Part shown: positions 57,167 through 64,000 of the stretch, piece by piece
Layout: each line of letters begins with the position of its first letter
Position numbering within the stretch: position 1 is the first letter of the stretch
NCBI GenBank assembly: GCA_947601445.1
Contig: CANQGD010000003.1
Span: 4,050-68,049 of the forward strand
Reading direction: 5' to 3'
Length of the DNA: 64,000 bases
Source: an uncultured Clostridia bacterium
GTDB lineage: Bacteria > Bacillota > Clostridia > Christensenellales > CAG-314
Program-made: the position numbers and the translations under genes
Notes under the pieces: generated by a model
What the model saw: only the letters and a program-made list of their open reading frames with translations
Told to the model about the DNA's origin: nothing
Databases searched by the model: none

Positions 57167-58336
57167 TTATCTCCTATCTTCTATTCTCAACACAAAGCAT
57201 TTCAGATAATGCGTTTCTTCCGAGCAGAGCAGAGTGGGGTGATCGGGAGCTTGCGAGCGTACTTCTACGCATTGTGCCTGTCTCCCGCTGCGTTTCACGG
57301 CGTCCGACAGCATTTTTTCGAACATTTGCTGCGACACATAGTGAGAACAACTGCAAGTCACCAAGTATCCTCCGTTTTTGACCAATTTCATTCCCAAGGC
57401 GTTTATATCCGTATAACCGCGCAATGCGTCTTGTATTTCGTGCGCGGTTTTGGTAAAAGCGGGAGGGTCCAATACTATACAGTCAAATTGCTTGCTCTGA
57501 ACTTTATATTCGCGCAGCAGTTCGAATACGTCCGCACAAACGGTTTCCACATTGGTAAATCCGTTTAACGACGCGTTTTTGCGCACATTTTCAAGAGCGA
57601 ATTCCGACGCGTCAACGGCGGTGACGTGATCGGATACGGCGGCGGCATTGATGGAAAAACCCCCGCTATTGCAAAAGCAATCCAACACTTCTCCTTTGGC
57701 GTAACGTCGCAATGCAAGTCTGTTTTCCTTTTGATCGAGAAAATATCCCGTTTTTTGTCCGCATCGCAGATTGACTGCCATTTTCAATCCGTTTTCCGAT
57801 ATTTCCACCCATTTTGGCACATCTCCGTAGAGTACTCCCGTTTCTTCGGGCAAACCTTCTTTTTGTCTGACGGCGACGTCGCTTCTTTCATAAATTCCCT
57901 TTGGAGAAAATTCTTCCGCAAGCGCGTTTACGATTGTCTTTTTGTGCAAATACATTCCAAGCGACAGTATTTGTACTGCCAGATAATCGCCGTATTTATC
58001 CACGATCAGCGCCGGCAATCCGTCCGCTTCCGCAAAAACGGCGCGATAGCAGTTGTCGTAACCGAGTTCGCGGCGATGCGTATTTGCGATATGTATGCGC
58101 TCGGCAATTATGTTTTCAACGTCGCATCTTTCGTCGCGGATAAATATCCGTACAAGTATTTTGGACGCATGATTAATAAATCCCTTTCCGAGGTAATTGC
58201 CGTCGGCGCTGTATACAGCGGCAAGCGAGCCGTTTTTATCTTTTCCGATAATACGAGCCACTTCATTGGCATATACCCAAGGATGTCCGTCCGTGATGCG
58301 GCGGTGTTCGCCTTTTTTCAGATAAATTTCATACAT
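57167..58336 (-). CDS. Class I SAM-dependent rRNA methyltransferase with PUA domain (RlmI-like)
   Basis: N-terminal GHPWVYANEV and methyltransferase motifs VLDCFCNSGGFS and IVLDPPAFTK. Confidence 0.8.
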   Translation of the reverse strand: MYEIYLKKGEHRRITDGHPWVYANEVARIIGKDKNGSLAAVYSADGNYLGKGFINHASKILVRIFIRDERCDVENIIAERIHIANTHRRELGYDNCYRAVFAEADGLPALIVDKYGDYLAVQILSLGMYLHKKTIVNALAEEFSPKGIYERSDVAVRQKEGLPEETGVLYGDVPKWVEISENGLKMAVNLRCGQKTGYFLDQKENRLALRRYAKGEVLDCFCNSGGFSINAAAVSDHVTAVDASEFALENVRKNASLNGFTNVETVCADVFELLREYKVQSKQFDCIVLDPPAFTKTAHEIQDALRGYTDINALGMKLVKNGGYLVTCSCSHYVSQQMFEKMLSDAVKRSGRQAQCVEVRSQAPDHPTLLCSEETHYLKCFVLRIEDRR

Positions 58337-58509
58337 GATTTTTGCGTCCCGATAATTGATTAAAGACGGTTCGGTGCAAAGTTTCCACTAAAAAACCGAA
58401 TGTTTTGTCCTCTTTTTGACGTTGCTCGGCTGTATTTACGTTATATATCCGTAAAGGCGTACCGTCAGAAAAAGTATTATAAACAATCCAATTATAAACT
58501 ATAACCGAT

Positions 58510-58534
58510 AAAAAAGCAACCCGTAGGGGTCGCT
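58510..58534 (-). terminator. Rho-independent terminator after the desulfurase gene
   Basis: On the minus strand: agcgaccc-cuac-ggguugcu followed by U6. Confidence 0.55.
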
Positions 58535-58594
58535 TAAAATTCAATGTCATATGCGTTGTCCGTGTGTCGGCAAATCGTTCGGATATTTGCAAAT

Positions 58595-59728
58595 TTACAA
58601 ACTTGTTTTGGACAGCGCCTCAACGGCATTCAGCAAAGAAAAACATTCTCCTTTTTCCGTTACGCAACTCACGGAGGCGCGCACAACGCCCTGTTCGAAC
58701 GTCCCGAGATATTTGTGCATAAGCGGCGCACACTGCAATCCGCCGCGAACCGCTATGTCGTAACGTTCCGAGAGCAAATCGGCAATTTCCGTACTGTCCC
58801 TTTTGCCTATATTAAAGGATACGATACCGCTTTTGTTGGCTTGCGAGTAGACTGTTACTCCGCGTATTTTTTTCAGTCCGTCAAGCAAAGTAGCTTGCAT
58901 TTCCGTAACCGCGTCTCTATTTTGTTTCCAATTTTCCACCCACCAATTCAAACCCGCATTCATTGCAAGTATTGCCGGACACGGCAATGTGCCGCTTTCA
59001 AGACAGTCGGGTACGGTGTTCGGTTGGTAGTACAAGTGACTTTCCGTACCCGTACCTCCGAATGTGATCGGGCGGGGAATGGCTCTTTTACCGAATATCA
59101 GCGCACCTGCGCCCTGCATGGCGTGCAGTCCTTTGTGCGCCGCTATCGCCGCCATATCCACATTGCATTTTTCCATATCCAATGCAAAATAACCTATGCT
59201 TTGAGCGCAGTCCACAAGAAATTTCACGTTACGTCTGCGGCAAATTTTGCCTATTTCTTCGATGTTTTGCGCTGTTCCCGTGACGTTGGACGCGTGCGAG
59301 ACGCAGACAAGGTAAGTATCGGGACGTATCAGACGTTCTATTTCTTCGGCGGTGACGATACCCTGTTTGTCAGGCTGTGCGACAGACAGTTCCACATAGC
59401 CTTTTTTCTTTAATTGCATCACGGGACGCAATACGGAATTGTGTTCTGTCGCGGTAATAACGATATGTCCGCGTTGTGCCGTTCCGAGTATCGCGAGATT
59501 GAGAGCGGCGGTGCATCCGCTCGTAAACGCTACGTGCAGTTCGCTGTCGTTGTTCATTATCAAATGTAGTTTACGCCGCGTTTCATACAACTTTTGTTGC
59601 AACGTAAGCGACAGTTTGTTACCGCTTCGATTGGGATTGAACGGGTATTTTGTCAGGCAATCGTTTACCGCGTCTATCACGGTTTGTGGTTTATAGTTAG
59701 TAGTTGCCGCATTGTCAAGATAAATCAT
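58595..59728 (-). CDS. Class V aminotransferase / cysteine desulfurase family protein
   Basis: The in-frame ATG (MIYLDNAATT) is preceded by GGAGA. The pyridoxal-Lys region is IAAHKGLHAMQGAG. Confidence 0.8.
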   Translation of the reverse strand: MIYLDNAATTNYKPQTVIDAVNDCLTKYPFNPNRSGNKLSLTLQQKLYETRRKLHLIMNNDSELHVAFTSGCTAALNLAILGTAQRGHIVITATEHNSVLRPVMQLKKKGYVELSVAQPDKQGIVTAEEIERLIRPDTYLVCVSHASNVTGTAQNIEEIGKICRRRNVKFLVDCAQSIGYFALDMEKCNVDMAAIAAHKGLHAMQGAGALIFGKRAIPRPITFGGTGTESHLYYQPNTVPDCLESGTLPCPAILAMNAGLNWWVENWKQNRDAVTEMQATLLDGLKKIRGVTVYSQANKSGIVSFNIGKRDSTEIADLLSERYDIAVRGGLQCAPLMHKYLGTFEQGVVRASVSCVTEKGECFSLLNAVEALSKTSL

Positions 59729-59839
59729 TTTGTTCTCCGCACACTTTTTGTCGTCTTGTTCAGTAATATATTTTATGGGAATATTTTTGCCGTATGCCAC
59801 ACAGTTCGTAAGTATACGCCGATACATAAGGAGGATGTA

Positions 59840-60091
59840 ATGGAATATATTTTGGCGGTGTACCGTTCGCGCAATGTCGCGATCCGGGCATACAATTTTT
59901 TGGTAAGCAACGGAGTAACCTGTGCGCTTGTCTCTACTCCGCGCGCCGCCGGCATCGGTTGCGGTCTGTCCGTAAAATTCGGTCGAAACGATTTCAATCG
60001 AGTAAAATCCGCGCTTTCCAACGGCGAAACTTTTGCGGGCTTTTTCCTTTACCGAAACACTTTTTCCGGCGGAACGCTCACCAAGCTATGA
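59840..60091 (+). CDS. DUF3343 (putative Se/S carrier-like) small protein
   Basis: The in-frame ATG is preceded by AAGGAGG. Sequence MEYILAVYRSRNVAIRAYNFLVSNGVTCALVSTPRAAGIGCGLSVKF. Confidence 0.6.
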   Translation: MEYILAVYRSRNVAIRAYNFLVSNGVTCALVSTPRAAGIGCGLSVKFGRNDFNRVKSALSNGETFAGFFLYRNTFSGGTLTKL

Positions 60092-60212
60092 AAAGAGCGC
60101 AAACTGTTGAAAATTTGCGGCAAATGGGATATAATGTTATTTAAGGGTATGTATGCGTTTGCGTATATCCTCGAACATTATATCCCTTCCTTATTTGACG
60201 ACAAATTCAAAA

Positions 60213-60851
60213 ATGAAAGACACAAAAGCAATTCTCGAAATACTTGCACGGGATTTTCCCAATGCTAAGAGCGAACTTAACTTTCGTTCTCCATATGAAT
60301 TGATTGTTGCGGTCATTTTGTCCGCACAATGCACCGACAAACGCGTCAATCTCGTCACGCCTCGGCTTTTTGAAGAAGCGCCTACGGTTGAAGCGCTTGC
60401 CGAAATACCGACAGAGCGATTGGAACAATTGATACATTCCTGCGGATTTTATCACACCAAAGCCTTGCATCTGAAACAGATGGCTCGCGATGTCGTGGAC
60501 AAATTCGGAGGACAAATTCCGTCGGAGCTTGAAGAACTTCAAACGCTTTCGGGCGTAGGGAGAAAAACCGCAAACGTTGTGTATGCGGTGGGATTCGGCG
60601 GGCAGGCGATCGCTGTGGATACGCATGTGTTTCGCGTTTCCAACCGTTTGGGAATAGTCTCCGCAAACAATGTCCTCGATACCGAAAAACAGCTTATGCA
60701 GGCAATTCCTCGCGAGCAGTGGGCAGACAGTCACCATTATATACTTTTGCACGGCAGGTACGTGTGCAAAGCACATCGCCCGCTTTGCGACAACTGTTCC
60801 GTAAAACAGTTGTGCGATTATTACCAACAACATGTCGACAAGTCAATTTGA
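60213..60851 (+). CDS. nth: Endonuclease III
   Basis: HhH-GPD motif LQTLSGVGRKTANVV and the 4Fe-4S cluster loop CKAHRPLCDNCSVKQLC. Confidence 0.9.
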   Translation: MKDTKAILEILARDFPNAKSELNFRSPYELIVAVILSAQCTDKRVNLVTPRLFEEAPTVEALAEIPTERLEQLIHSCGFYHTKALHLKQMARDVVDKFGGQIPSELEELQTLSGVGRKTANVVYAVGFGGQAIAVDTHVFRVSNRLGIVSANNVLDTEKQLMQAIPREQWADSHHYILLHGRYVCKAHRPLCDNCSVKQLCDYYQQHVDKSI

Positions 60852-62004
60852 TTATTTAACCGAATGTAATCGCTGTTTGCATTGCGCGCAACCGAGCTGT
60901 ATGCGTTTTTGTCCGATAGGAAACGATATTCCGCAGCTTCTGCGTTTAATAGCTCAAAAAAATTGGGAAAAAGCCGTTAGCCTTGTGGGACATCCGTTCG
61001 GCGAAATCTGCGGCTATGTTTGCCCCCGAGAGCAGCACTGTCAGGGAGGATGCGTTTTGTCGCGACGAAACAACGCGATTGCCATAGGCGACATTGAACG
61101 CTATGCGTTTTCTTTGTACAAATACAAAGCGGAGAGACAATCGGACGCCGCTGTGGGCTGCAAGGTCGCCGTTATCGGCGGAGGCGTTGCGGGTCTGACA
61201 TTTGCGGTCAAGATGTACGAGCAGGGTGCCGACATTGTGCTGTACGAACAAAACGAACTGTTGTCCACGTTGAAACTTATTCCCGAGTTTCGGCTTCCGC
61301 GATCGGCAATAGAGAGCGTTGAACAAGCTGTCGACGGCAAATTTCCCATTGTAAAACAGCGCGTAGATGCTCAAAAACTATGCTTTCTTGCCGAAACTTG
61401 CGACGCGGTATTTGTATCCACGGGTACGACCGTCGAATACGGCTTGGGAATTGATGGAGAAGAACTTTCCACTCCGTACAGCGTATTTTTGAGCCGTCAA
61501 GCAGACGCGATTTGCAAAGGCGGACGTATCGCTGTAATAGGCGGAGGAAATACGGCAATGGATTGCGCTCGACTTGCCAAAAGGTTCGGCGCAGACGTTA
61601 CTGTATATTATCGACGCGCACGTGAGGATATGCCCGCGTTCGACGCCGAGGTTTCGGATGCGGAAAAAGAGGGTGTAAAATTTTGTTTCAATGTCACTCC
61701 CGTAAAGTTGCAACAAACAAACGATTTGGAGCTTGTACTTGCCAAGACTATTTCGCAAGGCAGAGGAAAACTTATTGTCGGCGATGAAACGTTTTCCGTT
61801 TCGTGCGACGAGACGGTTTCGGCAATAGGCGCTCATTTTGACAATTCGATAATGGAAATGGCGGAAAAAACGGATATGCTTCACCCTACAAACAATATAT
61901 TCATGGGCGGTGACGCCGCCGGAGGTAAAACAGTGGCGCAAGCGGTTGCCGACGGCATGAAAACGGCAAAAAATATCATAGACAAATTACGGCACGGCAG
62001 GTAA
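60832..62004 (+). CDS. GltD-like NAD(P)H-dependent FAD oxidoreductase (glutamate synthase small-subunit family)
   Basis: N-terminal Fe-S Cys clusters (CNRCLHCAQPSCMRFCP; CGYVCPREQHCQGGC). Two dinucleotide folds (VAVIGGGVAGL; IAVIGGGNTAMD). It overlaps nth by 20 nt. Confidence 0.75.
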   Translation: MSTSQFDYLTECNRCLHCAQPSCMRFCPIGNDIPQLLRLIAQKNWEKAVSLVGHPFGEICGYVCPREQHCQGGCVLSRRNNAIAIGDIERYAFSLYKYKAERQSDAAVGCKVAVIGGGVAGLTFAVKMYEQGADIVLYEQNELLSTLKLIPEFRLPRSAIESVEQAVDGKFPIVKQRVDAQKLCFLAETCDAVFVSTGTTVEYGLGIDGEELSTPYSVFLSRQADAICKGGRIAVIGGGNTAMDCARLAKRFGADVTVYYRRAREDMPAFDAEVSDAEKEGVKFCFNVTPVKLQQTNDLELVLAKTISQGRGKLIVGDETFSVSCDETVSAIGAHFDNSIMEMAEKTDMLHPTNNIFMGGDAAGGKTVAQAVADGMKTAKNIIDKLRHGR

Positions 62005-62007
62005 ATT

Positions 62008-63270
62008 ATGTTTATCGACAAAGTGAAAATTTTTATCAAAGCAGGTAACGGCGGCAACGGCTCCGCCAGCCTTCACACGGAAAAATACGTAAATAACGGC
62101 GGACCCGACGGCGGTGACGGCGGCAAGGGCGGCGACGTGATATTCGTGGCGACAAATTCCGAAAACACACTCAATGCGTTTCATTACCAAAAGCATTTTC
62201 GTGCGGGAGACGGTGAAAACGGAGGCAGACAACGCTCATTCGGCAAGCAAGGCGCCGACATTGTGATAAAGGTTCCTGTCGGCACGCTTGTAAAAAATTC
62301 CGACGGAGAAATCGTCGCGGACATGTTTTACGACGGACAACGTGAAATTATTTTGCAGGGCGGCAAAGGGGGTAAAGGAAATTGGCACTTCAAAACTTCT
62401 CGCCGTCAGTCTCCGTCTTTTGCGGAACACGGCGTAAAAACCCGAGAATACGAAGTAACATTGGAATTGAAAACCATAGCCGATGTGGGCTTGGTCGGTT
62501 TTCCCAATGTGGGTAAAAGTACTCTTCTGTCCGTTGTTTCGGACGCCAAACCCAAGATAGCCAACTATCATTTCACGACGTTGAGCCCAAATCTCGGTGT
62601 GGTAAGCTACTACGAACAAAATTTTGTTATGGCGGATATACCGGGTCTTATCGAAGGAGCAAGCGAAGGCGCAGGTCTCGGACACAGTTTTTTGAGACAC
62701 ATCGAACGTACGCGTTTGCTTGTGCATATATTGGATATTTCCGGAAGCGAAGGTCGTGATCCTGTCAGCGACTTCGAATTGATCAACAATGAAATTTACA
62801 GTTATGATCAAAATCTCAAAAAGTTACCGATGATCGTTGTCGCAAACAAGATGGATATGCCCGGCGCGGAAGAAAATCTCGATCTGTTTCAAAAAAAATA
62901 CGGAAAAAAATATACCGTTATTCCGACTACGACGATAATTCACGAGGGTGTGGATAAGCTTATAGCAACGATTGCCGAAACTCTTTTACAACTTCCTCCG
63001 TCGGAACCGTTAACCCAAACGCCCGTCAAGTTGCAAAAGGAACAAACGGAGGACTTTTACATTGACATCTTGCAAGATAACGTCTTTGAAGTTACGGGCG
63101 GACTTGTGGAAATGTTGACAAGAAAAATCAATCTCGACGATTACGACAGTTTCGGATATTTTCAAAAGGTACTCCGAGATAGGGGCGTTATTTCAGCGCT
63201 GCGCAAATCGGGCGCTGTTGACGGCGACACGGTTATCGTGGGAGACGTCGAGTTCGAGTTTGTAGAATAA
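62008..63270 (+). CDS. obg: GTPase Obg/CgtA
   Basis: Gly-rich Obg fold (GGNGSASLHTEKYVNNGGPDGGDGGKGGDV), G1 motif GFPNVGKST, and a C-terminal OCT/TGS-like domain. Confidence 0.95.
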   Translation: MFIDKVKIFIKAGNGGNGSASLHTEKYVNNGGPDGGDGGKGGDVIFVATNSENTLNAFHYQKHFRAGDGENGGRQRSFGKQGADIVIKVPVGTLVKNSDGEIVADMFYDGQREIILQGGKGGKGNWHFKTSRRQSPSFAEHGVKTREYEVTLELKTIADVGLVGFPNVGKSTLLSVVSDAKPKIANYHFTTLSPNLGVVSYYEQNFVMADIPGLIEGASEGAGLGHSFLRHIERTRLLVHILDISGSEGRDPVSDFELINNEIYSYDQNLKKLPMIVVANKMDMPGAEENLDLFQKKYGKKYTVIPTTTIIHEGVDKLIATIAETLLQLPPSEPLTQTPVKLQKEQTEDFYIDILQDNVFEVTGGLVEMLTRKINLDDYDSFGYFQKVLRDRGVISALRKSGAVDGDTVIVGDVEFEFVE

Positions 63271-63280
63271 AGGAGATTTT

Positions 63281-63574
63281 ATGATTACCACCAAACAGCG
63301 TAGCAAGTTGAAAGCTCTTGCCAATACGGTTAAGCCTCTTGTAACAATAGGCAAAGATGAACTCACGGAAAACATAATAAAAGAAATAGATGTGGCACTG
63401 TACCATCATGAGTTGGTCAAAGTTGCATCTCTTAAAAGTTGTGAAACTCCCGCGAAAGTCATGTGCGAACAAGTATGCGAAATTTTGGGTTGTGAACCCG
63501 TGCTTTGCATAGGAAACCGTTTTGTTGTGTACAAGCGCAGCGACAAGGAAAATATCGAACACATAGAATTTTAA
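63281..63574 (+). CDS. yhbY: Ribosome assembly RNA-binding protein YhbY (CRM domain)
   Basis: Motif LKALANTVKPLVTIGKDELTENIIKEIDVALYHHELVKV. Confidence 0.85.
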   Translation: MITTKQRSKLKALANTVKPLVTIGKDELTENIIKEIDVALYHHELVKVASLKSCETPAKVMCEQVCEILGCEPVLCIGNRFVVYKRSDKENIEHIEF

Positions 63575-63628
63575 TATTCGATAAAGGGGCTTGAAAAAAT
63601 TCAATGCTCTTTTAACGTACGAAAAATT

Positions 63629-64000
63629 ATGAAGATTTTGGTTTTTGCGGATTTCCACGGAAATGCGCGTGCAATCGAACTTGCCGCGGATATTTCTCGG
63701 CGAGAGGCGCCGAATAAGACTGTGATATGCGGAGACATCTTCGGTTGGAACAAATCGGATTGCGTCATAGAAGCGCTCAATAAAATTCAAGGAATTTTGT
63801 ATTTTATAAAAGGCAACAACGATTGGCAAACGGAGCTGAATTTACTGCCCGGCGGAGCGGAAGATTATGCCGTTATGTATCACTTCGGACGTACGCTTTT
63901 CTTTACTCACGGCGATAGATACAATGCCATGCGCATTCCCCCGTTGCTCAAAGAGGGGGACGCGTTGATTCACGGACATACTCACTTCGGAAGAATTTCC
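63629..64000 (+). CDS. Metallophosphoesterase (YfcE/MJ0936 family), 3' end outside window
   Basis: Hand translation: MKILVFADFHGN...ICGDIFG...KGNND...THGD...HGHTH. The frame is open to the window edge, and the ORF is absent from the track because no stop codon is reached. Confidence 0.75.
   Translation, partial: MKILVFADFHGNARAIELAADISRREAPNKTVICGDIFGWNKSDCVIEALNKIQGILYFIKGNNDWQTELNLLPGGAEDYAVMYHFGRTLFFTHGDRYNAMRIPPLLKEGDALIHGHTHFGRIS

Noticed and set aside
1-64000. Mobile elements, prophage, a defence island, tRNA or rRNA genes.
   Set aside because: No transposase, integrase, recombinase, phage structural protein, restriction-modification or cas-like protein is present in any frame of the ORF track. 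No tRNA T-arm consensus was seen in the intergenic regions.

Overview
This is a 64-kb chromosomal window from an endospore-forming Firmicute that looks Clostridia-like. Supporting markers are spoIIGA-sigE, a DUF1540 protein, a long Bacillus-type SRP RNA with an Alu domain, and a type-2 IleRS. Most of the window is housekeeping. It holds the rpmG-secE-nusG-rplKAJL cluster, which ends at a terminator and is not followed by rpoBC. It also holds rplI, prs, ileS behind a T-box-like leader, obg-yhbY, dtd, L-serine dehydratase, tcdA, nth, cdd, rRNA/tRNA modification enzymes, and a P-type cation ATPase behind a riboswitch-like attenuator. I saw no transposase, integrase, phage gene, CRISPR array, tRNA or rRNA. 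The non-ordinary content is cell-envelope related. (1) A 10,053-nt gene (17862..27914) encodes a 3350-aa membrane-anchored protein built from at least 11 diverged ~190-aa modules arranged in three ~750-aa super-repeats, with a C-terminal Cys4 element. I cannot place it in any known family. It lies directly downstream of an operon for a membrane-tethered endonuclease-I/Big_2 protein and a small lipoprotein. (2) A BspA-like LRR surface protein gene carries a near-perfect 2 x 378-bp in-frame tandem duplication. (3) An uncharacterised two-TM 577-aa protein is paired with a LemA-family protein. (4) A NagA-like amidohydrolase has all recognisable catalytic or metal-binding residues replaced. Several short direct-repeat or palindromic operator candidates are also reported. 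CDS coordinates follow the ORF track, with start adjustments made in frame. Hand-counted coordinates of non-coding features may be off by 1-3 nt. Near 35,08x my manual count disagreed with the ORF track by 1 nt, and I trusted the track.
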